DNA of 32,000 bases. Origin: Akkermansia muciniphila ATCC BAA-835 (lineage in GTDB: Bacteria; Verrucomicrobiota; Verrucomicrobiia; Verrucomicrobiales; Akkermansiaceae). This document shows, in pieces, positions 9,247 to 18,851 of the stretch (its first letter is position 1; each line of letters begins with the position of its first letter). The stretch spans positions 90,001 to 122,000 of the forward strand of contig NC_010655.1 of the NCBI RefSeq assembly GCF_000020225.1, in the 5' to 3' direction. A program made the translations under genes and the position numbers. A model generated the notes under the pieces. The model worked only from the letters and a program-made list of their open reading frames with translations, did not search any database and was not told where the DNA came from.

Positions 9247-10093
9247 ATCGCCAAGAAACCCCAGGTTGCGGCCTCCTCCCTTTAAGCCGGATGGGGAACG
9301 CTGAACTTTTTTTATTCCGCCCTTCCCCCCGGAAGCAGCAGATTCAGAAGGAGGGGGAAACAGCACTGCCCGGCGCTCCAGAAAAGATTCCCTGAAATTC
9401 ACCTGAAGGTGGGGGGCAAAGAGGGGGCATTTGCCCTTGAAGACCATTCTGAACAGCAGCTAACGTTGAAGAACCGGCTTCCGAAAAAAATGGACCTTCC
9501 CCCTTGTACCGGGATACATCGTATTCATCCCCTTACCTCCAGGTATCCTGAAACGGATCATAGGAATTGCTCCGGACGCCTGCATCGCAGAGGTTTCCCC
9601 ATGGCGTCCAGAAAAAGGAAAGTTCTCCCTGCCGGAAACCGGTTCCGGCTTGAGGTTCATGCGAAGGGCTGGAATTCAGCCAAATCCGCGGCTCCGTAAG
9701 AAAACGGGGGGATGGTTGCATAACCGGAACCGGTAATGGAGGTTCAAGGGAGCAAATCAGCTCCGGCCTTTATTTTTTCCAAGCGCATCCGAATATCCCC
9801 TGGTGCATCAAATCCCTTTTCCGTAAACGGGAGGGGGCTTTTCTTTTTGCCCGGTATCCGGGAAATGCTGATTTTTCCGATGTTTTGCCTTCTTTTTCAG
9901 GTAATGCGCGGATGCCTACGCCCTTGCCGCTTTTTTACTTTGCACGGGGAAAGGACGGCTCCCGCCTCCGGGCATCAGGCCGTATTCTTTAAGCTTTTCC
10001 TCCCGCTTCCGTTGTGATAATGATGCGGGAGCAACCGTGTGATCCTTGATCGTTCACTTGCTGACTATTTCAATTCATATTCCATTATTCAAC

Positions 10094-11293
10094 ATGTATA
10101 CCCCCGAATTCAAAAACATCCTCACTTCCACCCTGGACGGACTGCGTGCGGAAGGACTTTACAAGGAAGAACGCTTTATCGCCTCCCAGCAGTACTCCCA
10201 GGTGACGCTGAAGGACGGACGCTCCGTCATCAACATGTGCGCCAATAATTATCTGGGCCTTGCTAATAATCCGGAAGTGATGGAAGCCGCCAAGAAAGCC
10301 ATCGACCAGTGGGGTTTCGGCATGGCGTCCGTGCGTTTTATCTGCGGCACGCAGACCCTTCACCGTCAATTGGAAGAACGTCTTACCCAATTTCTCGGCA
10401 CGGAAGACACGATTCTGTTTCCCTCCTGCTTTGACGCCAACGGCGGGCTGTTTGAAGGCCTCCTGACTGCAGACGACGCTATTATTTCCGATTCCCTGAA
10501 CCACGCTTCCATTATTGACGGCGTGCGCCTCTGCAAAGCCAAGCGCTTCCGTTATGCCAACAACGACATGGCAGACCTGGAAGCCAAGCTCCAGGAAGCG
10601 GACGCCGCCGGAGCGCGCGTGAAGTTGATTTCCACGGACGGCGTCTTTTCCATGGACGGCATCATTGCTCAGCTGGACAAGATTCACGAGCTGGCAGCCA
10701 AGTACAATGCCATTGTCCACTTTGACGACTGCCACGCCACGGGCTTCCTGGGCGAAAAGGGCCGCGGCACGCATGAATACCGCGGCCTGTTCGGCCATAT
10801 AGACATCACCACCGGCACCCTGGGCAAGGCACTGGGAGGCGCTTCCGGCGGCTACGTCTCCGGCCCGAAAGAAGTAGTGGATGTCCTGCGCCAGAAGGCG
10901 CGCCCGTACCTGTTCTCCAACAGCGTGGCCCCGGCTATCGTAGCCGCTTCCATCAAAGTACTGGACCTGTTGGAACAGTCCACGGAAGCGCGCGACCGCG
11001 TAGAAGCCAATACCAAGTATTTCCGTGACGCGATGACGGGAGCCGGATTCACCATCGGCGGCAAGGACCACCCCATTTCCCCGGTCATGCTGGGGGATGC
11101 CGTCCTGTCCCAGAAATTCTCCGCCCAGCTTCTGGACGAAGGAGTGTACGCCGTCGGCTTCTTCTATCCCGTCGTTCCCAAGGGACAGGCCCGCATCCGC
11201 ACGCAGATTTCCGCAGCCCATACCCGCGAACAGCTGGACAAGGCGATTGAGGCCTTCTGCAAGGTAGGTAAAAACCTGGGCGTTATTTCCTGA
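10094..11293 (+). CDS. kbl: Glycine C-acetyltransferase (2-amino-3-ketobutyrate CoA ligase)
   Basis: Full-length pattern of a PLP-dependent alpha-oxoamine synthase: [36 protein letters not shown]. Start set at [10 protein letters not shown]. Confidence 0.9.
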   Translation: MYTPEFKNILTSTLDGLRAEGLYKEERFIASQQYSQVTLKDGRSVINMCANNYLGLANNPEVMEAAKKAIDQWGFGMASVRFICGTQTLHRQLEERLTQFLGTEDTILFPSCFDANGGLFEGLLTADDAIISDSLNHASIIDGVRLCKAKRFRYANNDMADLEAKLQEADAAGARVKLISTDGVFSMDGIIAQLDKIHELAAKYNAIVHFDDCHATGFLGEKGRGTHEYRGLFGHIDITTGTLGKALGGASGGYVSGPKEVVDVLRQKARPYLFSNSVAPAIVAASIKVLDLLEQSTEARDRVEANTKYFRDAMTGAGFTIGGKDHPISPVMLGDAVLSQKFSAQLLDEGVYAVGFFYPVVPKGQARIRTQISAAHTREQLDKAIEAFCKVGKNLGVIS

Positions 11294-11307
11294 TTCCCGC
11301 GCTTTCC

Positions 11308-13947
11308 ATGGCTTCGGACGCATCACCCATGCCCGGCGGCAACCTGCCGACGCTGCCCGTCAAGCGGGTGGTGCGTCCCACTCCCTCCATTCCGGACCAT
11401 GAAGTTGTACGCCAGATAGGGAGCGGCGCGTACGGAGAAGTATGGCTGGCAAAATCCCTGACCGGGGCGTGGCGCGCCGTCAAAATCGTATGGAGGGAGG
11501 ATTTTGAAGACGAGCGCTCTTTCAACCGGGAATTTGAGGGCATTCTCCAGTATGAACCCATCGCCCGCAACCATCCGGGGCTGGTCCATATCCTGCATGT
11601 AGGGAGGCATGACCAGGATTCCCCGTTTTATTATTACGTCATGGAACTGGGCGACGACGCCCGCACCGGAGTTCATATTACACCGGACGAATATATTCCG
11701 CGCACGCTCCAGACGGACAAGAAGTTTTCCGGCAACAAGCCTCTTCCCCTGGATTACTGCCTGGAGGTAGGCAGCCAGCTGGCCCACGCCCTGCTGTACC
11801 TGCACAGCAAGAACCTGACGCACCGGGACATCAAGCCGGCGAACGTCATCTTTGTCAACGGGCGCCCCAAACTGGCGGACATAGGCCTGGTGGCCCATCT
11901 GGACCAGCGCAGCTTTGTAGGGACGGAGGGATTCATCCCCCCCGACGGCCCCGGCACCCGGCGGGCGGACGTTTACGCGCTGGCCAAGGTTCTGTATGAA
12001 ATCAGCACGGGAAAGGACCGCATGGATTTTCCCGAACTCCCGGATGACTTGCCGGAAGGCACCGTGCGCAAGAAATGGCAGGCCTTCAACACCATCATTT
12101 GCCAGGCGGCGGAACCCCGCATTGAAGAATGCTCCATTGATTCCGCAGAGGAGCTGGCGGAAAAAATAGACGCCCTCCGGGGGTATGAAGTGCCTTCCCG
12201 TTTCCGTCTTCAGAAGAAAAAGAAACGCCGCAAACTCAGACGGGCCCTCCAACTTCTGGCTGCAGCCGCCGCCGGAGCCCTGACTGCCTACTGGGGGGCT
12301 TTATGGCTCAACAACAGCCAGCATCCGCCGGAGGAACCTGCCTCGGATATTCATCCGGATATCCACTCATCCGCTCCGGAAGAAGAATCCCGGACCGGAT
12401 ACGTGCTGGTGACCAGCTCCCCGGCGGGAGCGTCCGTGTATGATGCGGACGGCAACTATCTGGATGAAACTCCCTACGGCCCCATTGAACTGCCTTCCGG
12501 CTCCCCGGTAGCCTATACCATCAAGAAATCGGGGTTTGCGGACAAGGAAGAGGCGGGAACCGTCAAAGGAGGGTCCACGCTGGCCCTGGGCGGCGTGCTG
12601 AAAGAGTACCATCCCCCTACGGACAGCCAGCCCTGGAAGGATACGGAGGGTGTTACGTACCTGCCCGCAGAAACGCGCCATGTGGCGCAAGGCCCCCTTA
12701 CCGCCGCCCTGTTCAACAAATTTCTGAAGGAGGACCGCCAGAAAGGGAACTTCCAGATGAAAAGGGAACAGACGGAACCGGGGCATCCGGAGAAGGATGT
12801 GGCCCTGCTCACGCAGGACGGCATCACGGCCTACCTGGCGTGGCTGAACAAGAAATGCGAGCGGGAGGGGCTGCTGGGCAAGGAATTTTCCATCAATGCG
12901 GATCCGCTTCCGCAGGCTTCCGGCAGCACGGAAAACCACAATGCCTACGTCCTGAACGTCACCCGCGTGTTCCAGGTGCCCATTACCGTCACCACCAATC
13001 CGCCGGGAGCCAGCGTTTTTTTCAATAACAGGCTCATCGGGCGTACCCCCATTGAAGAATACGTCAACCAGGTTCCCTACGTCATTGAAATCAAACTGCC
13101 GGGGCACGCCACCATGCGTCGCAGGGGGCTGGATCCGCAGGACTTATACCTTTCCCTGCAGTTGGAACCGGACAAGTCTGTCGTTTTTGGCTCGCCCTGG
13201 ACCAACAGCCTGGGCATCAAACTGGTCCCTGTGGGTGGGAATGCTCTGGTCATGACCCACGAAGTGCGCGTAAAGGACTTTCAGGAATTCCTGAAAGCTA
13301 CCGGAAGGAAAGCTCCGGCCCGGCCCGGCTTTCCCCAGGGAGAAGACCACCCGGTGGTGAATGTCAGCAGGCAGGATGCGCGCGCCTTCGCCAGATGGCT
13401 TACCAGCAAAGAGCGGGCCCTGGGCCTGATTGATCAGCACGACTCCTACCGTCTTCCCAAGGATGAGGAATGGAGTTCCTGGGTGCGTCTGACGGATGAA
13501 CAGGGAGCCTCCCCCTATGAAAAGACGCTGCCTCATGAAAACTCCCGGGAAGCCTTCCCGTGGGGGTATTCATGGCCGCCGCCTGATAAAACGGGAAATT
13601 TTGCGGACCAGTCCGCCCTGATTTACCTGCCGTCCTCCCGCGTTATCGTAGGATATAACGACGGACAGCCGTATACGGCCCCCGTAAAAACCTTTCCGCC
13701 CAACCACCTGGGCCTGTACGACCTGGAAGGAAACGTCATGGAATGGGTAGACGATTCCTACGGGGGGCCGGAATCCCTCCCCATCCGCAACTACGGCGTC
13801 GCCCGCGGAGGCAGCTACCTGTCCTTCCGCCCCAAACAGCTCACCACTTCCATCCGCACTCCCCTGCCGGAAAATACGAGGGATAACGCGCTGGGCTTCC
13901 GTCTTATCCTGTCTTCCGAACGCCCCGCCATTCCAACAGCTCCCTGA
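11308..13947 (+). CDS. Membrane Ser/Thr protein kinase with extracytoplasmic PEGA-like modules and a C-terminal FGE-sulfatase (SUMF1-like) domain
   Basis: Kinase motifs GSGAYGEVW, AVK and HRDIKPANV. One TM segment (LLAAAAAGALTAYWGALWL). PEGA-like VLVTSSPAGASVY and TVTTNPPGASVFFN. FGE-like motifs VVNVSRQDARAFARWL, YRLPKDEEW and LYDLEGNVMEWV. Confidence 0.9.
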   Translation: MASDASPMPGGNLPTLPVKRVVRPTPSIPDHEVVRQIGSGAYGEVWLAKSLTGAWRAVKIVWREDFEDERSFNREFEGILQYEPIARNHPGLVHILHVGRHDQDSPFYYYVMELGDDARTGVHITPDEYIPRTLQTDKKFSGNKPLPLDYCLEVGSQLAHALLYLHSKNLTHRDIKPANVIFVNGRPKLADIGLVAHLDQRSFVGTEGFIPPDGPGTRRADVYALAKVLYEISTGKDRMDFPELPDDLPEGTVRKKWQAFNTIICQAAEPRIEECSIDSAEELAEKIDALRGYEVPSRFRLQKKKKRRKLRRALQLLAAAAAGALTAYWGALWLNNSQHPPEEPASDIHPDIHSSAPEEESRTGYVLVTSSPAGASVYDADGNYLDETPYGPIELPSGSPVAYTIKKSGFADKEEAGTVKGGSTLALGGVLKEYHPPTDSQPWKDTEGVTYLPAETRHVAQGPLTAALFNKFLKEDRQKGNFQMKREQTEPGHPEKDVALLTQDGITAYLAWLNKKCEREGLLGKEFSINADPLPQASGSTENHNAYVLNVTRVFQVPITVTTNPPGASVFFNNRLIGRTPIEEYVNQVPYVIEIKLPGHATMRRRGLDPQDLYLSLQLEPDKSVVFGSPWTNSLGIKLVPVGGNALVMTHEVRVKDFQEFLKATGRKAPARPGFPQGEDHPVVNVSRQDARAFARWLTSKERALGLIDQHDSYRLPKDEEWSSWVRLTDEQGASPYEKTLPHENSREAFPWGYSWPPPDKTGNFADQSALIYLPSSRVIVGYNDGQPYTAPVKTFPPNHLGLYDLEGNVMEWVDDSYGGPESLPIRNYGVARGGSYLSFRPKQLTTSIRTPLPENTRDNALGFRLILSSERPAIPTAP

Positions 13948-14108
13948 CGCCGTATCTGCGGCAGCGGTTTTCCCCGCTCTTTCCCCCTCTGAAACACACC
14001 GCCCCCCAAGGGGGAAAACCCTGAGGCTTGAGAGAGCTTCCGGCTCTCCGGGAAAATGATTGAAAGGGCCTCCCGTTATGCTACCATTTTTCCGCATCCT
14101 TTTCCTGA

Positions 14109-14879
14109 ATGAAAATAATCGCCATCGCCAACCAGAAGGGGGGAGTGGGAAAAACCACTACGGCTATCAACATGGCTGCCGCCCTGGCTCAGCTGAAAAA
14201 GAAAATCCTTGTCATTGACCTGGACCCGCAGGCCAATGCCACCAGCGGCATGGGCATTGACGGAAAAGACATGCCCAGCCTGTATCCGGCCCTGCTCGGC
14301 CAGCTTCCGGCGGAAGAGTGCATCCTGCCTTCCGGCAGGAAACGGCTGGATATCATCCCCTCCACCATGGACCTGGCCGGCGTGGAAATAGAATTGGCCC
14401 GTTCCGGCAACCATCTGACCCGCCTCCGGGAAACGCTCGCCCCCCTGCGGGAGTCGGACACCTATGATTACTGCATCATGGACACGCCACCTTCCCTGGG
14501 CGTTTTAATGACCTCCGCCTTGGCCGCCTGCGACGAAGTGCTGACTCCCCTCCAATGCGAATGGTTCGGTTTGGAAGGGCTGGCCAAGATTCTGCACGTG
14601 ACGGCGCAAATCTGCGCCAGCGGCGCCAATCCCCGCATTCGGCATGAAGGAGTACTGATGACCATGTATGACGGCCGCACCAATCTTTCCCGCCAGGTCA
14701 TCGACCAGGTGGAACGGCATCTGCCCCAGATGCTGTACAAAACGGTCATCCCCCGTTCCATCCGGCTGGGGGAGGCTCCCAGTTTCGGCCACACCATTTT
14801 TGAACACGATCCTTCCGGAGCTGCGGCGGACGCCTACCTGAAAGCAGCCCGGGAATTCATCAAACGCCATAAACCCTGA
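14109..14879 (+). CDS. parA: ParA/Soj-family ATPase
   Basis: Deviant Walker [27 protein letters not shown], 256 aa. No parB lies adjacent. Confidence 0.9.
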   Translation: MKIIAIANQKGGVGKTTTAINMAAALAQLKKKILVIDLDPQANATSGMGIDGKDMPSLYPALLGQLPAEECILPSGRKRLDIIPSTMDLAGVEIELARSGNHLTRLRETLAPLRESDTYDYCIMDTPPSLGVLMTSALAACDEVLTPLQCEWFGLEGLAKILHVTAQICASGANPRIRHEGVLMTMYDGRTNLSRQVIDQVERHLPQMLYKTVIPRSIRLGEAPSFGHTIFEHDPSGAAADAYLKAAREFIKRHKP

Positions 14880-15085
14880 ACATTTGAAGAAACAAGCTTC
14901 CCGGAATGCCGCAAACCTCGGCGAGAGGAACAGGCAGAAAGGGCACCGCAGAAAACTTCCTCCTTCATTTTGCCTTCCGGGTTTGTTGCGTCCATTTAAC
15001 GTCAGGAAAACATCTTCCATACCGCCCCCCCGGAGACGGAGGAAAACAGGCATTCCCCTTGACTTGACTTCCGCGGCATATAAGA

Positions 15086-17872
15086 ATGCTCCAGCTCCGT
15101 TTCAGGAACTTTCCCCTCATGCCAGCAGAAGAAGGCCAGCCAGACGACCAGCCCCGGGTGACAGGGCAAGTCCCGCCTCCCGCTCCGACGACAGGCCTGG
15201 AACAGATTCTGCCCGGACGTCCGCCCCTGCCCCATGCGGAAGAAAAAGGGGCCTTTTTCGTTTACCAGCGGGAGCTGGCTCCCGGCACGCGCCTGGAACA
15301 ATATGAAATCATCCGCGTCCTGGGCAGCGGAGGTTTTGGCATCACATACCTGGCGAAGGATCTGTTCCTGAACCGCAACGTGGTTATCAAGGAAAACTTC
15401 CCTTCAAGATACTCCTACCGGGACCCTCTGACCGGGCATATCCGGCCCAATAATGAACACGATCTGGAAAATTACACCTGGGCTCTGAAAAGTTTTCTGA
15501 GCGAGGCTCAGACGCTGGCGGAGCTCAACAACCCCGGCATCGTCAGAATCCTTTCCGTCTTTGAAGCCAACGGCACGGCCTACTTCGCCATGGAGCATAT
15601 TACCGGCCTTTCCCTGGATTATCTGGGGGAAAAACTTCACAGCACCGGACACCGGTATACGGAAGACGAACTCAAGGGGCTGCTGACGCGTCTGCTCCGG
15701 ATTCTGGACTATCTCCATTCCCGGCACATTTACCACCGGGATATCAAACCCGGCAACATCCTGCTGACGGAGGAAGGCACGCCCGTGCTGATCGACTTCG
15801 GAGCGGCACGGCATGCCCTGAAACTTCATGCCGCCACCGTCCTGACCACCCAGGGGTATTCCTCCCCGGAACAGGCGCTGGGCAAAACGAATATCGGCCC
15901 GTGGAGCGATCTCTATTCCGTAGGGGCCACTTTTTACGCCCTGCTTACAGGAAATCCTCCGGACCGTGCGGAAGCGCGCCTGGCGGAAGATGAAATGCAG
16001 CCGCTGCACAGCGACCCCGTGCTCACCCGCTATTACTCACGGCAGTTCCTGCTTTCCCTGGACAAGGCGCTGGCCCCCCAGATCAATTGCCGCTACCAGA
16101 CTGCCGGCGAATGGATTCACGACATTTGCGCCATTTCCGGGGAAGAATCCTCCGCCACTATTCAAGTCCTCCCGGCAGACCTCCGCCATGCCCATCCGGA
16201 AGGAATGCCAACTCCCGGCGCCGGGAAAAACATCGGCAGCAGAAAGGCCGCCACCGGAACGGACGGTCTTCATTCCGCCTCACGCAGGCAGTCCGCACGC
16301 GCTCTTCGCCGCAACCGCCACATGATGTCCCTGCTGGTAGGAAGCGCATGCACCATCCTGCTGGGAGCGGGAGCATTTTATCTGCTGGATTACATGAAAA
16401 AAGCCCCTATGGGCACTACCATCAATACCATCAAGGAAGCCATCCAGCAGCCCGCGGCAAGCTCCAACGTGGGAGAACCGGAACCGCCGCCACGGGATCT
16501 GGCATCCATCCGCATTCCGGAACTCAAAATAACGGAAGACGCGGCGCTGGAACCGCGGTCGCTGACGGAGTTCCGTTTGCGCCTTGACGACACCATCCTG
16601 ACCCGTTCCGGGCTTCCTCCCATCCTGCCGGAAAAACTGCGCATCTCCTGCATTTATCTCCAAATCATTCCCCCGGCAGCAAACGGGGAAAAACTGTACC
16701 TCACCATCCGGGACTCCAACGGCGTCCTGGTGGACCGCTCCATCAATGCCGTCCCCTCCTTCACGGTGCCGGGGCAATCCACCTCCACCTTTTTCTTTCC
16801 CGCACTTCCGGAACTGTCCACGGACCGCACCTACACGTACTCCTTTGAAAATGCCGCCCACCAGGCTGTTCCCATGCAAATGGCATGTTTCAAAAACGAG
16901 ACGAAACGCACGGAGGAAGCCTTCCCGAAAATCCGTTTCATCGCTGCTCCTCCCGTGCCGGAACCAGCCCTGCTCCATGACCCGGCCTACAAAAATCTTG
17001 TGGCGGCAATCGCCGCGCCCTCCCCGGAGAACAAAAATATTCTCGACCAGGCAAGTTCCATGCCGGGCATGCTGCCGGCCCTGGAGCAACTTTCCAAAGC
17101 CGGCTACCCGATAGCCCAGCAGGCACTGGGGAAAACCCTCATGTCTCCGGACTGTCCCGGCGGTTCCAGGCCGGAAGAAGGCGTGGAATGGCTTTACCGT
17201 TCCGCCACAGGAGGGTGCTATGAAGCCATGAAAGAGCTGGGCATCCTGCTCATGGACATCCCCTCCTATTTTCCCCGCCTTCCCCAGCAGCCTCCCCTTG
17301 CCTCCCGGGATTACGCCCAGGCGACGCGTTTCCTGAGAATGGCGGTCCAATACCGGGACCAGGAGGCCCTGTACCTGCTTTCCCTCATGTACTCCCAGGG
17401 CTGGGGCGTACCCGCCTCCCCGGAACTTTCCAGCCTGATGATGGAACGCCTCAATGGATCCTCCTACTCCACGGACAGCCTGAATCCCAACGCGCCTATC
17501 GCGGCGTACTGGCTTCCCCTTCCTCTCGCCGGAGAAAAAAACACCATTCTGCGCTTCACTATTCCAGGGCCGTTCGCCCCGTCCCAGCTCAAGGGCGTTA
17601 CTCTGCACAACACAAGCCTGAAGGATGCCTTCTCCATCAGTAAAATCAATATCCTCCAACATGGGCGCCTCATTCTGGACATCATTTCCCCCCAGGAAGT
17701 GCTGCCTGGCAAAAGCTCCGCTCCCATAGGCATATCCATCCCGGAAGGGCTGCTGGCGGATACGACCCTGCCTCTGGAAGTGGAAATTTTGCTGACCCCC
17801 GGAAACAGCTGCGGCGTGGTGGAAATGCCCCCTCCGGTGGAAAAGAAAAACTCCGGAATTGAAATCAATTAA
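15086..17872 (+). CDS. Membrane Ser/Thr protein kinase with an extracytoplasmic region containing Sel1-like repeats
   Basis: Kinase motifs GSGGFGITY, HRDIKPGNILL, DFGAA and SPE. TM segment LLVGSACTILLGAGAFYLL. Sel1-like units: AQQALGKTLM, WLYRSATGGCYEAMKELG, EALYLLSLMYSQGWGV. The start is uncertain; an alternative ATG lies at 15119. Confidence 0.85.
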   Translation: MLQLRFRNFPLMPAEEGQPDDQPRVTGQVPPPAPTTGLEQILPGRPPLPHAEEKGAFFVYQRELAPGTRLEQYEIIRVLGSGGFGITYLAKDLFLNRNVVIKENFPSRYSYRDPLTGHIRPNNEHDLENYTWALKSFLSEAQTLAELNNPGIVRILSVFEANGTAYFAMEHITGLSLDYLGEKLHSTGHRYTEDELKGLLTRLLRILDYLHSRHIYHRDIKPGNILLTEEGTPVLIDFGAARHALKLHAATVLTTQGYSSPEQALGKTNIGPWSDLYSVGATFYALLTGNPPDRAEARLAEDEMQPLHSDPVLTRYYSRQFLLSLDKALAPQINCRYQTAGEWIHDICAISGEESSATIQVLPADLRHAHPEGMPTPGAGKNIGSRKAATGTDGLHSASRRQSARALRRNRHMMSLLVGSACTILLGAGAFYLLDYMKKAPMGTTINTIKEAIQQPAASSNVGEPEPPPRDLASIRIPELKITEDAALEPRSLTEFRLRLDDTILTRSGLPPILPEKLRISCIYLQIIPPAANGEKLYLTIRDSNGVLVDRSINAVPSFTVPGQSTSTFFFPALPELSTDRTYTYSFENAAHQAVPMQMACFKNETKRTEEAFPKIRFIAAPPVPEPALLHDPAYKNLVAAIAAPSPENKNILDQASSMPGMLPALEQLSKAGYPIAQQALGKTLMSPDCPGGSRPEEGVEWLYRSATGGCYEAMKELGILLMDIPSYFPRLPQQPPLASRDYAQATRFLRMAVQYRDQEALYLLSLMYSQGWGVPASPELSSLMMERLNGSSYSTDSLNPNAPIAAYWLPLPLAGEKNTILRFTIPGPFAPSQLKGVTLHNTSLKDAFSISKINILQHGRLILDIISPQEVLPGKSSAPIGISIPEGLLADTTLPLEVEILLTPGNSCGVVEMPPPVEKKNSGIEIN

Positions 17873-17957
17873 GCTTCACCGCTTTTCAACGTGAAACAGC
17901 AACAGGGGAAACGGAAAACACCCTTGATTCCCGCTTGGGGCATGCTACAAAAGATAA

Positions 17958-18536
17958 ATGAATGCCTCTGTTTTCCTGCGGCGCATGCTCCCTATGCTGG
18001 CCGCGTTCCTGATGGCCTCCTGCGGTGATCCTACCGTCTCCTACTGGAAAGAGGTGGCGGACATCAATACGGAATACTCGGAAAAAAGCGACGCACTGGT
18101 GCAACACCTCCTGAAACTGAAAAAGAACCCTACCCTTCCGGGCCTGGAAGAAAGCAGCAGGGATGCGGCTGACCTGTTGCGGGAAAGGGATGAAGAACTG
18201 GCGGACCTGAGCACGAAAAACGTGGATCCCGCCGTGACGGCCTATGTGGAAGAAGACCGCAAGCTTTTTGCCAGAGGAAGGGAATTGGCGGAACGCTACC
18301 AGCAATACTTTGAAAAATATCTTAAGGGAGGACCGGATTTTACTCCGGATCCTTCCCGGGCCGTCGCCCATATAGGCCGGGGCCGGCAGGAAATACGCAA
18401 AATTCTGGCAGAAGCCCGAAAACTGGAAGCTCGGGCTGAAATGCTGAGAAAAGAAAAATCAGCTGAGCTTGAGCAAGAACTTCCTCCGCTGCACTTTCGC
18501 CTTCCGGAGTTGAAACAACTTCTATCCAGCCGTTAG
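17958..18536 (+). CDS. Hypothetical lipoprotein, helical and charged
   Basis: Lipobox-type signal MLAAFLMASCGD, followed by Lys/Glu-rich sequence that looks like coiled coil. Confidence 0.7.
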   Translation: MNASVFLRRMLPMLAAFLMASCGDPTVSYWKEVADINTEYSEKSDALVQHLLKLKKNPTLPGLEESSRDAADLLRERDEELADLSTKNVDPAVTAYVEEDRKLFARGRELAERYQQYFEKYLKGGPDFTPDPSRAVAHIGRGRQEIRKILAEARKLEARAEMLRKEKSAELEQELPPLHFRLPELKQLLSSR

Positions 18537-18800
18537 AAAACGCGCACGAACCACTTGCATCAATGCGGAGTCTCGGCCAGTCTGACAGCGTCCTTTCCTT
18601 TGCACGGGCGGACACAACCGGTTCCTGAAACTTTCCCCGTCCATGTTACGGAAATATCCTTTCCCTGGATTTACAGGAAAAACGAGTCCCCCTGCTGTCC
18701 ATCGTCGTTTATTTCAGCATTCAAATTTCATTCCCTGAATACCCCTTAGCACAGGCTTCATAGTTTAAAATTCCAAAGAAGGAGTATGCCTCCCCTCCAC

Positions 18801-18833
18801 AAAAAAGCCCCGTTCATATTTCATGAACGGGGC
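18801..18833 (-). terminator. Rho-independent terminator closing the minus-strand islet operon
   Basis: GCCCCGTTCAT (18807-18817) pairs with ATGAACGGGGC (18823-18833). The A6 run at 18801-18806 becomes a T-run downstream on the minus strand. It lies 19 nt after the stop at 18852. Confidence 0.7.
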
Positions 18834-18851
18834 TATATTAATTTTTCAAAT

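Noticed and set aside
8541-9436. 15-nt inverted repeat GGGCAAATGCCCCCT (8541-8555, reverse complement at 9422-9436) flanking the NUDIX gene, suggestive of a cassette or MITE
   Set aside because: About one exact 15-mer match is expected by chance among all position pairs in a 32-kb window (about 1e9 pairs per orientation against 4^15). The flanks beyond the 15-mer do not align, and there are no target-site duplications.
8650-9447. 265-aa minus-strand ORF and the 8205-8714 plus-strand ORF around the NUDIX gene
   Set aside because: The first is antisense to a NUDIX gene with a perfect Nudix box. The second runs through the divergent promoter region and has no protein-like features.
9880-10093. 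Possible glycine riboswitch or other known leader upstream of kbl
   Set aside because: I could not find the conserved glycine-riboswitch cores (CACCGAAGGGGCAA and CTCAGGCAAAAGGAC-type elements). Only generic hairpins are present.
15059-15087. Promoter call from the tandem TTGACTTGACT upstream of the second kinase
   Set aside because: No -10 element falls at a convincing 16-18 nt spacing (TATAAG is at 14 nt, AAGAAT at 17 nt). The region is too ambiguous to annotate.
14884-15306. 140-aa Arg/Pro-rich ORF between parA and the second kinase
   Set aside because: It overlaps the kinase 5' end in another frame and has an extreme Arg/Pro/Ser composition. It is not a parB: it has no HTH and no GRGL-type ParB box.
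18660-18730. Possible third degraded fragment of the large gene downstream of the terminator (shares CTGTCCATCGT with 21337-21347 and 19467-19477)
   Set aside because: Only an 11-nt exact match is present, which is near chance expectation for regions of this size, and the flanking sequence does not align.
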